Source of the DNA: an uncultured Holosporaceae bacterium
Lineage (GTDB): Bacteria > Pseudomonadota > Alphaproteobacteria > UBA7879 > UBA5542
Length of the DNA: 57,079 nt
Assembly (NCBI GenBank): GCA_964515175.1
Contig: CAZEUR010000003.1
Location: forward strand, 1 to 57,079
Direction: 5' to 3'
The notes under the pieces are model-generated. The model was given only the letters and a program-made list of their open reading frames with translations, was not told the origin of the DNA and made no database searches. A program made the position numbers and the translations under genes. Shown here in pieces: positions 1-10,633 of this stretch (position 1 is its first letter; every line of letters begins with the position of its first letter).

Positions 1-36
1 AACGAGATATAAAAAAGCCGATAAATCAGAACTCAT
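1..36 (-). CDS. pntB: NAD(P) transhydrogenase subunit beta, first 12 codons only (runs off window edge)
   Basis: ATG at 36..34 lies 6 nt after an AGGAG that overlaps the pntAB TAG stop. Translation MSSDLSAFLYLV is hydrophobic like PntB N-termini. Position after pntAA-pntAB fits the three-gene pnt layout. Confidence 0.45.
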   Translation of the reverse strand, partial: MSSDLSAFLYLV

Positions 37-45
37 TGAAAACTC

Positions 46-426
46 CTACTTCTTTTTAAACATTTGCAACATGCGGTTCGTCACAATAAATCCACCAAAA
101 ATATTGATGGAAGCAAGAACCACCGCAATGAATCCCATTATTTTCGAAAAATCAAAGGCTTGTCCGCCAGCGACTACTAATGCCCCTACAATGATCACAC
201 TAGAGATTGCATTTGTGACAGCCATTAAGGGAGAATGCAAGGCAGGGGTCACACGCCACACAACATAGTACCCCACAAACAAAGCAAGGGCAAAAACGGT
301 GAGGCCAGCAATGAGGACGCCAGAATCCGCGTTGTTCGCGAGCACTTCTACAGAATGTGTCTCGGGTGGCAGAATGTTCTGGACGAGAGAGCTTGTTTTT
401 TCAACAACACGGGTGCCAATACTCAT
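46..426 (-). CDS. pntAB: NAD(P) transhydrogenase subunit alpha part 2 (membrane dII segment)
   Basis: 126-aa hydrophobic ORF containing [27 protein letters not shown], typical of the PntA C-terminal membrane piece. ATGA start/stop overlap with pntAA. Confidence 0.9.
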   Translation of the reverse strand: MSIGTRVVEKTSSLVQNILPPETHSVEVLANNADSGVLIAGLTVFALALFVGYYVVWRVTPALHSPLMAVTNAISSVIIVGALVVAGGQAFDFSKIMGFIAVVLASINIFGGFIVTNRMLQMFKKK

Positions 427-1643
427 TTTTTCTTTCCTTTCGTTGGAGCGTTCTTGGAAGAAGCTTTTTTAGGCGTCTCCTTTTTTGCTGAGACTTTTTT
501 TTCTTCAGTCTTTGTTAGAAGATCAGACCGTAAAACTTTGCCCTCATGAGTCAACAAAATAGCGCTGACAATCTCATCCTCTGGACTGAAGACAATCTTC
601 TTTTCTTTTTCGTCAAACAATAGTTTAAATAAGTTGAAGATATTGCGGGCAAAGAGATCAGAGGCGTCTCTGGCAATTTGAGACACTAGATTTGCGGGGC
701 CCACAATCTTGACACCATATTTCTCAACAGTTTTCCCAAATTCACTGAGGGAACAGTTTCCCCCGGACTCTACGGCCAAATCCACGATAACGGATCCTGG
801 CTTCATACTCTTCACCATATCTTCTGTGAGGAGAAGGGGAGCCGGGCGCCCTGGAATCAAGGCCGTGGTGATAATAACATCCACTTTTTGAACCGTTTCT
901 GCTAATTTTTGTGCTTGACGTTTCTTATAAGCCTCATCCATCTCTTTGGCATATCCTCCGGATGTCTCTGCATTCATGGTTTCATCCACTTGAATGAATG
1001 TGGCCCCTAAGCTTTCCACCTGTTCTTTGGCAGCAGCTCTTACATCATAGGCCATCACAACCGCGCCCAGTCGACGGGCAGTAGCAATGGCTTGAAGGCC
1101 TGCAACACCGGCACCGATAACCAAAACTTTTGCGGGCAGGATAGTTCCTGCGGCCGTCATCATCATGGGAAAGGCCCTGTCAAAAACAGAGGCGGCTTCA
1201 AGTACAGCTCGGTATCCTGCTAAGTTGCTTTGGGACGAAAGGACGTCCATGGTTTGCGCCCGGGTAATGCGGGGAACAAGCTCTAGCGCTACTGCATTAA
1301 TTCCAGCATCTTTATAGGCATTTAAATCTTCCGGATGATTCAAAATTCCAAGGGTGGCGATAACTGTGGCTCCTTTTGGATAATGAGAGATCTCTTTACC
1401 TTTTTCCAGAAGGGGTTTCTGAACCTTTAGAATGACTTTTGCATCTTTGTAAAGAGGGGCTCCCCCTTTGGAGAGTTTTGCTCCCGCTTCTTTATAGAGA
1501 GAGTCTGGAATAGATGCGCTAAGGCCGGCATCTTCTTCCACCACAACATTACATCCTAGAGCCACCAACTTTTTGACTGTTTCAGGACTTGCTGCAACAC
1601 GTCCTTCATGGGGGCGAACTTCCTTCGGAATAACGATCTTCAT
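423..1643 (-). CDS. pntAA: NAD(P) transhydrogenase subunit alpha part 1 (dI, NAD(H)-binding), with a Lys-rich C-terminal tail
   Basis: 406-aa ORF with alanine-dehydrogenase/PNT fold and Rossmann motif [22 protein letters not shown]. Translationally coupled to pntAB. Confidence 0.93.
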   Translation of the reverse strand: MKIVIPKEVRPHEGRVAASPETVKKLVALGCNVVVEEDAGLSASIPDSLYKEAGAKLSKGGAPLYKDAKVILKVQKPLLEKGKEISHYPKGATVIATLGILNHPEDLNAYKDAGINAVALELVPRITRAQTMDVLSSQSNLAGYRAVLEAASVFDRAFPMMMTAAGTILPAKVLVIGAGVAGLQAIATARRLGAVVMAYDVRAAAKEQVESLGATFIQVDETMNAETSGGYAKEMDEAYKKRQAQKLAETVQKVDVIITTALIPGRPAPLLLTEDMVKSMKPGSVIVDLAVESGGNCSLSEFGKTVEKYGVKIVGPANLVSQIARDASDLFARNIFNLFKLLFDEKEKKIVFSPEDEIVSAILLTHEGKVLRSDLLTKTEEKKVSAKKETPKKASSKNAPTKGKKK

Positions 1644-1669
1644 GACGTACCTTTCAAAATAATTGAGAG

Positions 1670-2593
1670 TTAAGCTTTTTCTTCAGCCGGGACTTCTTTT
1701 CTAATCTTAAATCCAAGCGTCAGCAATAAGGGGGCTGCCAAACAAATGGACGAATAGGTCCCAACAGCGATACCGATGAGAATGGGTAAACTGTAAGCGG
1801 CCAGCACATCCCCTCCAAAGAAATAAAGGGCTAAGAGGGATAGAATGGTGGCTGACGAGGTGAGGACAGTTCTTGAAAGAGTGTCATTGATGGATTTATT
1901 CAACAGGGTTTCAAGGTCTGTTGTTTTATACTTCCGTAAGTTTTCGCGAATGCGATCATAAATCACAACCGTATCATTGATGGAATATCCCACCGTGATC
2001 AGGATTGAAACTAAGGCCGTTGCATTAAATTCAAGGCCAAAAATCGTATAGAGAGCGGCCACCGCAAAGGCATCATGAATGAGCGAGATCACCGCACAGA
2101 TCCCAAAATGCCATTCAAAACGGATCCAGATGTAGCAGAGCATGGCAAGCATGGCCCACAAAACCGCCTGCAAACAGTTGCTAATAAGTTCTTGACCCAT
2201 GCGGGGCCCCACATTTTCAATGCGACGATATTCCACATCAGGGCCCAAGAGATGCTTAATCTGGTCAATTACACCAAGCTGGGCGGTCTCATCTCGATCT
2301 TGACGATCAATGCGGATTAAAATGTCCTCATTGGTCCCAAACTCCTGGAGAGACACCTCTCCAATGCCCAAATTATTGGCTTTATGTCGAAGATCTGCCA
2401 TATCAGGGGGTGTTGTGCATCGAGCCTCAATGAGAGTGCCTCCCGTGAAATCGATGCCGTAGTTGATGTCATTTATGAAATAACCCGCAATGGCGGCCAG
2501 CACCATGAAGGCGGAAACACCATAGTTCACAAAACGCCACTTAATGAAGTTTATGTGAATTTTGGAAGAAATAAGCGCGATTCCTGAAAACAT
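1670..2593 (-). CDS. secF: protein translocase subunit SecF
   Basis: SecF-like membrane protein (IDFTGGTLIE, GYSINDTVVIYDRIREN). The track ORF starts at 2632 but overlaps secD. I prefer the ATG at 2593, 8 nt after the secD stop with a GAGG upstream. Confidence 0.92.
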   Translation of the reverse strand: MFSGIALISSKIHINFIKWRFVNYGVSAFMVLAAIAGYFINDINYGIDFTGGTLIEARCTTPPDMADLRHKANNLGIGEVSLQEFGTNEDILIRIDRQDRDETAQLGVIDQIKHLLGPDVEYRRIENVGPRMGQELISNCLQAVLWAMLAMLCYIWIRFEWHFGICAVISLIHDAFAVAALYTIFGLEFNATALVSILITVGYSINDTVVIYDRIRENLRKYKTTDLETLLNKSINDTLSRTVLTSSATILSLLALYFFGGDVLAAYSLPILIGIAVGTYSSICLAAPLLLTLGFKIRKEVPAEEKA

Positions 2594-2601
2594 GGGAGAC
2601 C

Positions 2602-4185
2602 TCAAATGGGAAGGGGTTTGTTGCGACCCCATCCTCTCATCCAGAGTAATACCAATACCTTACTGAGCACAATGGCCGTAAAGAAAGAAATAACGATTCC
2701 AAGACCCAAGTTCACGGCAAATCCCCGCACAGCCCCTGTTCCAAAAATGTAGAGCAAGACAGCTCCAATAATACTTGTAATGTTGGAATCAAGAATGGTG
2801 GACATGGCCCGGGAATACCCTTCCCCGATGGCATTCATAGGAGCTTGTTTGTTTCGGATTTCTTCGCGAATGCGCTCATAAATGAGGATATTGGCATCAA
2901 TGGCCATGCCCAGAGACAAAGCAATTCCCGCAATGCCAGGAAGCGTTAGGGTGGCCCCAAAAAAGGTGAGGGCAGAAATCAAGAAGACACCATTCATGAT
3001 GAGGCAGATGTTTGCGATGCCACCAAACAGGAGTCCATAAAAAACAAACATGAATAGGAGGACAAACCCAATGGAAATAAGGGTTGCCAGTTTACCCGCT
3101 TGAATAGAATCAGATCCAAGTTCTGGACCCACTGTGCGCTCTTCAAGGGGAGTAAGAGGCGCCGGTAAAGCACCTGCTCGTAACAAAATGGCGAGGTTAC
3201 GGGCACTCTTGAGATCAAAATTTCCCTGAATAATTCCAGATCCTCCAGGGATTGGCGTATTAATAACCGGGGCACAAATGATTTTATCATCAAGGATAAT
3301 TGCGAATTGACGGCCAATATTGTTTTTGGTGATGTCCGCAAATTTACGAGCCCCTACGGCATCCAGCTTGAAGCTCACCACATCTTGACCCTCTGAGGCG
3401 GTGGCTTTTGCATCTTCCAACATCTCGCCACTAATATCAGTTTTCTTCTGAACAAAGTAGGCATGACCATGGGCTCGTTCATCGCCCTCGTCGTACTGCA
3501 AAACTTCATATCCCAGAGGCGCTGACTTTGTCTTTGGGTCATGGGGGATAAGAGTCGGATGAACAAGCCTAAAGGATAGCTTAGCAGTCTTCCCTAAGAG
3601 ATCTTTCACTTGGGCGGGATCACTTACACCCGGCAATTGCAAAAGAATTCGATTGTTTCCTTGTTGCTGAATAGAAGGCTCTTTTGTTCCCATTTCGTCA
3701 ATGCGGCGACGCACAATTTCAATGGATTGTTTTACCGCCCCATCTTCCCTCTCTTTAATAGCGTGGTCACTAATCTTCAGAGAAACTTCGCCATTATTGG
3801 AGGAAGACACTTGGGCTCCTTCCGTTAGGTTCCGGAGAATCTTAGAAATTTTTTCTGATTGTTCTGAGTTTCGAGGAGTTACCTTTAAAATGGTTCCCCC
3901 CTCAAGACGTAGATTCATATAAAGGATCTTTTCTTGCCGAAAAACACGACGAACCTCATCCAAAAGAGACGCCATATGCTCTTTGAAAACATTCCGTGTA
4001 TCTACCTCTAAAAGAACGGAGGACCCTCCCTGAAGATCAAGACCTAAAGTGACTTGTTCTTTGGGGAAAAAGGATGGAAGAGAATTCAAAGTTTCTGAGG
4101 ACAGAAAATTTGCCAAACCAAGCCAGAGTCCGACAAAACAGACTCCGAAAACGAGGGTTAATCTCCAGCGAGACAGGTAGGGCAT
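2602..4185 (-). CDS. secD: protein translocase subunit SecD
   Basis: 527-aa ORF with LGLDLQGGSSVLLEVD, a periplasmic domain and a C-terminal 6-TM block (AIDANILIYERIREE). Order is yajC-secD-secF. Confidence 0.95.
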   Translation of the reverse strand: MPYLSRWRLTLVFGVCFVGLWLGLANFLSSETLNSLPSFFPKEQVTLGLDLQGGSSVLLEVDTRNVFKEHMASLLDEVRRVFRQEKILYMNLRLEGGTILKVTPRNSEQSEKISKILRNLTEGAQVSSSNNGEVSLKISDHAIKEREDGAVKQSIEIVRRRIDEMGTKEPSIQQQGNNRILLQLPGVSDPAQVKDLLGKTAKLSFRLVHPTLIPHDPKTKSAPLGYEVLQYDEGDERAHGHAYFVQKKTDISGEMLEDAKATASEGQDVVSFKLDAVGARKFADITKNNIGRQFAIILDDKIICAPVINTPIPGGSGIIQGNFDLKSARNLAILLRAGALPAPLTPLEERTVGPELGSDSIQAGKLATLISIGFVLLFMFVFYGLLFGGIANICLIMNGVFLISALTFFGATLTLPGIAGIALSLGMAIDANILIYERIREEIRNKQAPMNAIGEGYSRAMSTILDSNITSIIGAVLLYIFGTGAVRGFAVNLGLGIVISFFTAIVLSKVLVLLWMRGWGRNKPLPI

Positions 4186-4191
4186 AGGTCC

Positions 4192-4515
4192 TTACTTCTT
4201 TTTCTTAACGGTCTTTTTAGCAACTGGCTTTACTTCAGAAACAATCCCACCAGAAGAGAGCAGAGACGTAATTGTAGACCGTGCAACTGTTACATTCACG
4301 GATGGCGCAATGCGAACTTCTAGTTCCGACTCCATTACTTTTACAACAGTGCCAATAAGACCACCGGCGGTTAAGACACGATCCCCAGACTTGATGCCGG
4401 CAATCATCTGCTGATGCTCTTTCGCTTTTTTGCTTTGAGGGCGAATGACCAAAAAATACATAACAACGAAGATAAGGGCGATGGGCAACAAACCCATTAA
4501 ATCAAAAGCTTTCAT
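4192..4515 (-). CDS. yajC: preprotein translocase subunit YajC
   Basis: 107 aa with one N-terminal TM, then IRPQSKKAKEHQQMIAGIKSGDRVLTAGGLIGTV, the YajC signature. It lies 6 nt upstream of secD. Confidence 0.92.
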   Translation of the reverse strand: MKAFDLMGLLPIALIFVVMYFLVIRPQSKKAKEHQQMIAGIKSGDRVLTAGGLIGTVVKVMESELEVRIAPSVNVTVARSTITSLLSSGGIVSEVKPVAKKTVKKKK

Positions 4516-4576
4516 TCAGGTCTCCTTAAAAAAATTTTATTATGATTACCATGTTTGAGGAAGAGACTCAAGGATA

Positions 4577-5440
4577 TTATTGCATGGACTTGAGCAGCAG
4601 ATTCACATTATATCTTATCATCTCCAGATATGTGGGAGCAGGGCCATCTTTAGAAGAGAGGGAATCAGAATAAAGGGTGCCTCCTAATGTGGCCCCCCCC
4701 TCTTGAGCGATTTGTTTTAAGAGTTTTGGGTCTGCAATGTTTTCAATAAAAACAGTCTTGATATTATATTTTTTAATCTTCTTAATCAGGTCCACTACAT
4801 TTTGCACCTTAGCTTCTGTTTCAGTGCTGATACCTTTTGGGGCCAAGAACTCAATGCCATAAGTATTTCCAAAATACCCAAAGGCATCATGGGCTGTGAT
4901 AATTTTACGTTTTTGGGGAGGAATTTGATCAATTTCTTCTCGGACATAGCGATCCAATTTTGTTAGCTCACTGAGGTAGGCATTAGCTCTCTTCTCATAA
5001 TAGTTCTCTGATGCAGGGTCTACTTTCTTGAGGGCCTCTAGAATATTGGTCACATAAATCTTGGCGTTGGGAATGCTGTGCCAGGCATGAGGGTCTCGAA
5101 TGAGTGTTCCCTCAAATACCAGGCGAGGATGAACCGCATCGCTTACCACAATGAGTTCCCTTTTGTAATTAGAGGATTCAATGAGTCTTTGAAGCCACCC
5201 CTCAAATCCTAAGCCATTAATAAAAACAAGATCTGCGTCTGTTATCTTTTTAATATCAGAAGGCTTTGGTTCGTACATGTGGGGGTCTTGATTCTCTCCC
5301 ACAAGAGAGACTACCTCAATACGATCGCCCCCAACTTGTTGCACCAGATCGGCTAGAATACTAAAGGTGGCCACAGCTTTTATTTTAGGATCAGCCCAAA
5401 CAGGTGTTAAAAGTAGGAAAAATAAAATAAATTTTTTCAC
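4577..5440 (-). CDS. znuA: metal (Zn/Mn) ABC transporter substrate-binding protein, ZnuA/TroA cluster A-I family
   Basis: Signal peptide present. Metal-ligand motifs DPHMYEP, DPHAWHS, AHDAFGYF and YSDSL are present, with no His-rich loop. Last gene of the C-B-A operon. Confidence 0.8.
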   Translation of the reverse strand: MKKFILFFLLLTPVWADPKIKAVATFSILADLVQQVGGDRIEVVSLVGENQDPHMYEPKPSDIKKITDADLVFINGLGFEGWLQRLIESSNYKRELIVVSDAVHPRLVFEGTLIRDPHAWHSIPNAKIYVTNILEALKKVDPASENYYEKRANAYLSELTKLDRYVREEIDQIPPQKRKIITAHDAFGYFGNTYGIEFLAPKGISTETEAKVQNVVDLIKKIKKYNIKTVFIENIADPKLLKQIAQEGGATLGGTLYSDSLSSKDGPAPTYLEMIRYNVNLLLKSMQ

Positions 5441-6297
5441 GATTTTTTATACTTTCTGTGATGAAGAATACTGCCATAGGGACCAAAAATAAGGGATAGG
5501 ATATAAACAACACCTGCCAAGAGAACAATGGTGGGACCAGAAGGCCAATCGGTGTGGTAGGACAAGATAAGTCCAAAGAATCCTGTGGTGGCGGCAATGC
5601 AGATGGCAAGGAGAAAGAGTTCGGTCATTTGTTTCGCCCAAAAGCGAGCACTAATGGCAGGGACCATCATAATGCCGAGAGAGAGAAGAGTGCCGAGGGT
5701 TGCAAATCCTGAAACCAAATTTAGAACCACAAGACCTAAGAAGATCACCTGATAATATCCTCCTCTACCATGGGTTGATTTTAGGAAGGCAGGATCAAAG
5801 CATTCAATGAGGAGAGGCCTATAAATGCAGGCTAAAACAAGTAGCGTGAGGGATGAAATCATCCCCATGGAGAGGAGGGCATCATCATCAACAGAAAGCG
5901 CAGACCCGAAAAGAATATGAGTTAAATCTACGGCGCTGTGTTTGAGAGAAATAAGAAGAACTCCCAAGGAGAGAGCAATCAGAAAAAAGCCTGCAAAACT
6001 TGCATCTTCTTTGAGTTGGGTGAATCGGGAGGTGAGGCCCGCGAGTAACGCCATAATAAGTCCTGCAGTGAGGCCACCAACCCCCATGGCAATGAGCGAG
6101 AATCCGCCCAAGATATACCCCACAGCGACTCCTGGGAGAAGGGCATGGGAAAGGGCATCCCCCATCAAACTCATGCGCCTTAGAACGAGAAGAACACCAA
6201 TCGGTCCTGCACCAAAGGCCAGGCAAAGACAGCTTACCAACGCTTTTCGCATGAAGGCGTATTGAAGAGGTTCGAGAAAAAAATCCACCATTGTCAT
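5437..6297 (-). CDS. znuB: metal ABC transporter permease (ZnuB/TroD family)
   Basis: 286-aa polytopic membrane ORF. It has 4-nt overlaps with both the ATPase gene and the binding-protein gene. Confidence 0.85.
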   Translation of the reverse strand: MTMVDFFLEPLQYAFMRKALVSCLCLAFGAGPIGVLLVLRRMSLMGDALSHALLPGVAVGYILGGFSLIAMGVGGLTAGLIMALLAGLTSRFTQLKEDASFAGFFLIALSLGVLLISLKHSAVDLTHILFGSALSVDDDALLSMGMISSLTLLVLACIYRPLLIECFDPAFLKSTHGRGGYYQVIFLGLVVLNLVSGFATLGTLLSLGIMMVPAISARFWAKQMTELFLLAICIAATTGFFGLILSYHTDWPSGPTIVLLAGVVYILSLIFGPYGSILHHRKYKKS

Positions 6298-7043
6298 ACC
6301 ATTAAATTCTTGAAGGCTTTTTTAATATTGGCCTCTGTCAAAATTTTTGAAGTTTTTCCCCATCCCACACATTGACGACCCAGGAGGACTGTCTCGGGGA
6401 AATATTTTTCTACAAGATCCAAATTATGAAGAGCCACTAAAACCGTCTTGCCCTGACGATTCCAATCCAAAATAAATTTAATCAAATGAGTGCATGTTTG
6501 AGTGTCGATGGCCGTAAAAGGTTCATCCAAAATAATCAATGAGGCATCCTGCATAAAAATTCGGGCGAAAAGCATGCGTTGGAACTGTCCTCCAGAAAGA
6601 GATCCGATAAGTCTATTCTCAAATCCATTTAATCCTACTTTCTCAAGAGTTTTTTTGATCAATATAATCTGTTCTGGCGTATAAGCTTTAAAAGCACCTA
6701 CTTGAGCTAGAAGCCCCATTCCTACCACGTCAAATACCGTTAAGGGAAAACTGGTATCAAATTCATTCTTTTGGGGAAGATAAGCTGTATCACAGAGATT
6801 TTTGCAGTAATGAGTAACGGATCCTTTCGAAGGTCGAATAAGTTTTTGAAGTGCTTTAATAAATGTGCTTTTCCCACCCCCATTGGGCCCAATAATGGCC
6901 GTTAGGCTTCCTGGTTCAAAGGTGCCAGAAATATTTTCCAAGGCCAAAGTTTCATGATAAGAAACAGTTAGCTCTTTAACCTGAATTTTATTTGTATGGG
7001 AATGCGCGTGCATCAGAGAATAGCCCAAAAAATAGCACCCCAT
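6294..7043 (-). CDS. znuC: metal ABC transporter ATP-binding protein (ZnuC family)
   Basis: Walker A GPNGGGKST, ABC signature LSGGQFQR, Walker B LIILDEP. The start is uncertain: an alternative ATG at 7013 gives MHAHSHTNK. Confidence 0.88.
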   Translation of the reverse strand: MGCYFLGYSLMHAHSHTNKIQVKELTVSYHETLALENISGTFEPGSLTAIIGPNGGGKSTFIKALQKLIRPSKGSVTHYCKNLCDTAYLPQKNEFDTSFPLTVFDVVGMGLLAQVGAFKAYTPEQIILIKKTLEKVGLNGFENRLIGSLSGGQFQRMLFARIFMQDASLIILDEPFTAIDTQTCTHLIKFILDWNRQGKTVLVALHNLDLVEKYFPETVLLGRQCVGWGKTSKILTEANIKKAFKNLMV

Positions 7044-7110
7044 AAAAGGAGGATAAGGGGAAGAATTCGAAGAAGTCTCTGGAAAAAACTATAAAAAAGA
7101 GGGGACATCA

Positions 7111-8652
7111 TCACTCTTTAGAAGACTTGAACTCTTTAACAAACTTTTCAAGAATTTCTGACAATTTTCCGGCTACTTTTTCTGTGAGTCCATCCTTGTG
7201 TTCTAGATCCCTCAGAAGAGTCTTATGACTACGATGCATAAAAGACAGAAGTTTGGATTGGAATTCTCCAATTTGAGACTTCTCCAGGGGGGATAAAAAC
7301 CCATGGACGCCTGCAAACAAAACGACCACCTCTTCAGAAACAGAAAGAGGTGCGTATTGAGGTTGTTTTAAAAGCTCAGACAGACGTTCTCCTCGATGTA
7401 AGAGTTTTAAGGTATTCTCATCAAGATCTGACGCAAACTGAGAAAACGTTGCCATTTCTCGATATTGAGCCAGTTCAAGCTTCAAAGTTCCTGCCACTTG
7501 TTTCATGGCTTTGGTTTGGGCCGCAGATCCAATACGACTCACAGATAACCCCACGTTAATGGCGGGGCGAAACCCTTGGTAGAAGAGCTCTGTTTCCAAA
7601 AATATTTGACCATCTGTTATAGAAATTACATTTGTGGGGATATAAGCAGAAACATCTCCCGATTGCGTCTCAATAATGGGAAGAGCCGTTAGGGAACCCC
7701 CTCCTTTTTCATTGCTTAATTTAGCTGCCCGCTCTAACAATCGGGAATGCAAAAAGAAAATGTCTCCAGGATACGCTTCCCGTCCAGGAGGTCTTCTGAG
7801 CAGCAAAGAAATCTGGCGATAGGCAACCGCCTGTTTTGAAAGGTCATCATAAATGATGAGAGCATGCATCCCGTTGTCTCGAAAATATTCGCCCATGGCG
7901 CATCCTGTATAGGGAGCTAGGAACTGGAGAGAGGCAGGATCAGAGGCAGTGGCCGCCACAATAATGGAATACTCCATGGCGCCTCGTTCTTCTAAAATTT
8001 TTACGAGCTGTGCAACGGACGATCTTTTTTGACCAATGGCCACATAAATACAAAAAACCTGGCTATCTTTTGACCCTGTGTCATTAGAAGCTTTTTGGTT
8101 TAGGATTGTATCGACGGCAAGGGCTGTCTTTCCTGTTTGTCGATCGCCAATGATCAGTTCTCTTTGGCCCCGACCAATAGGGACCAAACTGTCGATGGAT
8201 TTAATGCCCGTTTGCAGAGGCTCATTCACAGATTGACGGTCGATAATGCCGGGAGCTGCGGATTCGATGGGCATTAAAGTTGTATCTTTCAAGGGACCTT
8301 TCCCATCGATAGGGTTTCCAAGAGCGTCGACTACACGTCCGAGCAATCCCATGCCGGAAGGAACCTTAATGACAGATCCCGTGGAATATACCATCATGCC
8401 TTCATTTACAGAGCGATTTCCTCCAAAAACAACAGCACCAACAGTATCTTCATCCAAATTTAAGGCCATTCCCATGACGTCATTTTCAAAACGGAGCATT
8501 TCTCCAGCAGCCACACTATCCAATCCATAAATGGTGGCAATGCCGTCACCTACTGAAATGACTTTGCCCGCTTTTTCTAGATGAGTTTTTTTATCGAAAT
8601 CTTTAATTCGTTCTTTAATAATTTCGAGCATTTCTGAGGAATTTAAGGCCAT
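7111..8652 (-). CDS. atpA: F0F1 ATP synthase subunit alpha
   Basis: 513 aa with P-loop GDRQTGKTA. Sequence is conserved alpha-subunit type throughout. Confidence 0.98.
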   Translation of the reverse strand: MALNSSEMLEIIKERIKDFDKKTHLEKAGKVISVGDGIATIYGLDSVAAGEMLRFENDVMGMALNLDEDTVGAVVFGGNRSVNEGMMVYSTGSVIKVPSGMGLLGRVVDALGNPIDGKGPLKDTTLMPIESAAPGIIDRQSVNEPLQTGIKSIDSLVPIGRGQRELIIGDRQTGKTALAVDTILNQKASNDTGSKDSQVFCIYVAIGQKRSSVAQLVKILEERGAMEYSIIVAATASDPASLQFLAPYTGCAMGEYFRDNGMHALIIYDDLSKQAVAYRQISLLLRRPPGREAYPGDIFFLHSRLLERAAKLSNEKGGGSLTALPIIETQSGDVSAYIPTNVISITDGQIFLETELFYQGFRPAINVGLSVSRIGSAAQTKAMKQVAGTLKLELAQYREMATFSQFASDLDENTLKLLHRGERLSELLKQPQYAPLSVSEEVVVLFAGVHGFLSPLEKSQIGEFQSKLLSFMHRSHKTLLRDLEHKDGLTEKVAGKLSEILEKFVKEFKSSKE

Positions 8653-9198
8653 TTAAGCTCCTATTCTGTGGCGTTGCAATTGATCAAGTTGACTTTTTAT
8701 GGAGGCATCCATGTAAAAAGACTCGGCCATTAGGGTGAATCCACCATAAATACTGGAATCAATTTTATAAATAATTTCAACCTTTTTATCAAAAATCTTC
8801 TCCAGTTTTCCTTTTAAGGATTTTATGGAAGGGGACGAAATCAGATCCTTTTTTGCCAGAGTCACAGTAGCTTTTACATGATTTGTTTCTGCTAAAAATA
8901 AAGCCTCATAGGCTGCCATAATCTCCACAATGTGATGAATATGCTTGAGGTCAATTAAAATTTTTAAAAAGCGCATTGCTTCTGGAGAAAGTTTTAAGCG
9001 CGGGAGTGCGGCCAGCTTATCTTCATCGGAGAAAAGAGGATTGCAAAAAATCTCCCGCAAAGAGTCATCCATAAGAAGTTTTTTTAATTTCTCTAGGGAA
9101 TTGAATATAGATTTAAGTTTTGATTTATCTCTCTTGTATGTTTCAAGCAAACCAAGAGCGCAACTTTCAACTATTTTCTTGTCTTTACTTTGAAGCAT
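8653..9198 (-). CDS. atpH: F0F1 ATP synthase subunit delta (OSCP)
   Basis: 181-aa ORF directly abutting the atpA start, with an OSCP-like C-terminus (IDSSIYGGFTLMAESFYMDASIKSQL). Confidence 0.88.
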   Translation of the reverse strand: MLQSKDKKIVESCALGLLETYKRDKSKLKSIFNSLEKLKKLLMDDSLREIFCNPLFSDEDKLAALPRLKLSPEAMRFLKILIDLKHIHHIVEIMAAYEALFLAETNHVKATVTLAKKDLISSPSIKSLKGKLEKIFDKKVEIIYKIDSSIYGGFTLMAESFYMDASIKSQLDQLQRHRIGA

Positions 9199-9781
9199 GA
9201 ATCTTTGTATTTCCTTCAGGGTCTACCCATCCAATATTACCATCTTGCCGCAAATATACCAAATTCAATCCGCCATGTCCTTTATTTCGGAACAAAAGGG
9301 CTGGTTTTTCTCCAAGGTCCATCCGCATAACCGCTTCTCCCACCGTGAGTGTTGGGATGCAATAAGCGACTTCCGCCACAATGGCCGGCTGTTTTTGCTC
9401 TGTTATCTCTTCTGCTTCTGCTGTTTCGTCATAAGAGGTATCTAAAATGTACTGAATTGCTTTCTCTTCCTTGGAAAGATCATGATGCATGTGATGATCT
9501 TTTAGACGCTCTTTATATCTGCGCAGATTATGCTCTATTTTATGGAGAGCTCTATCGCTGGCGATATAGCCATCTTCTCCCATTTCTGTTCCGCGTATGG
9601 TAATGCGGCCCTGATGCACCTCAATATAGGCTTTAATTAAAGGACCTTGTTTCTCTAAAGTAACGTGAGAATCAACGGCGTAATCAAAATATTTGTTTAT
9701 TATTTTATTCAGACGGTCCTTGATATGGCTTTGAAGGCTTTCTCCCAAGTCCACATGTTTTCCAGTAATGGCTATCTGCAT
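9185..9781 (-). CDS. hpf: ribosome hibernation-promoting factor, long form
   Basis: MQIAITGKHVDLGESLQSHIKDRL N-terminal S30AE domain plus a C-terminal dimerisation domain (ALLFRNKGHGGLNLVYLRQDGNIGWV). Starts 1 nt after the lptB stop. Confidence 0.9.
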   Translation of the reverse strand: MQIAITGKHVDLGESLQSHIKDRLNKIINKYFDYAVDSHVTLEKQGPLIKAYIEVHQGRITIRGTEMGEDGYIASDRALHKIEHNLRRYKERLKDHHMHHDLSKEEKAIQYILDTSYDETAEAEEITEQKQPAIVAEVAYCIPTLTVGEAVMRMDLGEKPALLFRNKGHGGLNLVYLRQDGNIGWVDPEGNTKIHASK

Positions 9782-9782
9782 G

Positions 9783-10556
9783 TTATTTCCCTTTCTTTTT
9801 TTTGGTTAATATAAAATCTTCTCCCAAGTAGACGCGGCGCACTTCCTTGTGGGCTACAATATCTTCTGGGCGTCCCTCTGCTAAAATTTTTCCTTCGTTT
9901 AAAATATAGGCTCGATCCACAAGGGCCAAGGTTTCTCTCACGTTATGGTCTGTTATAAGAATTCCAATGCCGCGGTCCTTTAGATGCAGGACAAGTTCTC
10001 GGATATCATTGACGGCAATGGGATCTATACCTGCAAGAGGCTCATCAAACAGAATGAATTGTGGGTTGTTAGCAAGGCTGCGCGCAATTTCCACACGACG
10101 TCGTTCCCCTCCTGAGAGAGAAAGGGCAGAACTTCTGCGAATATGGGTAATGGAAAACTCCCCCAACAGGGATTCCAGTTTTCTTTCTCGTTTATCCCGG
10201 TCTGGTTCCGCCGCCTCTAAAGCCACCCGGATATTATCTTCAACAGTCATTCCTCTGAAAATGGATGCTTCTTGAGGGAGGTACCCAATTCCTAAACGGG
10301 CGCGACGATACATGGGAAGAGATCCTATATCCTGGCCATCCAAAGTGACTTTTCCATGATCTGGCTTTATAAGGCCGCATAAAATATAAAAACAGGTGGT
10401 TTTCCCCGCACCATTGGGGCCTAATAAAGCAACAACTTCTCCCTGCTTCACGTGGACAGAGACGTTCTTTAAAATAGATTTTTCATGGTAGGACTTGCTA
10501 ATGGCCTCAGCGGCGAGAGTGCTTCCTGATAATTTTTTTCCGTCAGTCTTGGGCAT
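9783..10556 (-). CDS. lptB: LPS export ABC transporter ATP-binding protein LptB
   Basis: Walker [23 protein letters not shown], Walker B FILFDEP, LptB-type [11 protein letters not shown] and a C-terminal extension. Confidence 0.92.
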   Translation of the reverse strand: MPKTDGKKLSGSTLAAEAISKSYHEKSILKNVSVHVKQGEVVALLGPNGAGKTTCFYILCGLIKPDHGKVTLDGQDIGSLPMYRRARLGIGYLPQEASIFRGMTVEDNIRVALEAAEPDRDKRERKLESLLGEFSITHIRRSSALSLSGGERRRVEIARSLANNPQFILFDEPLAGIDPIAVNDIRELVLHLKDRGIGILITDHNVRETLALVDRAYILNEGKILAEGRPEDIVAHKEVRRVYLGEDFILTKKKKGK

Positions 10557-10633
10557 CTTTCACTACAATGAACTTATAAACACTTCTTAGGAGATATCAC
10601 AAAATCTCTGCGCTGGCTAAAGATTTCTGCGGT

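Noticed and set aside
5888-6265. 107-112-aa ORFs on both strands inside the metal ABC permease gene.
   Set aside because: They are alternative-frame artefacts within a well-supported membrane-protein gene.
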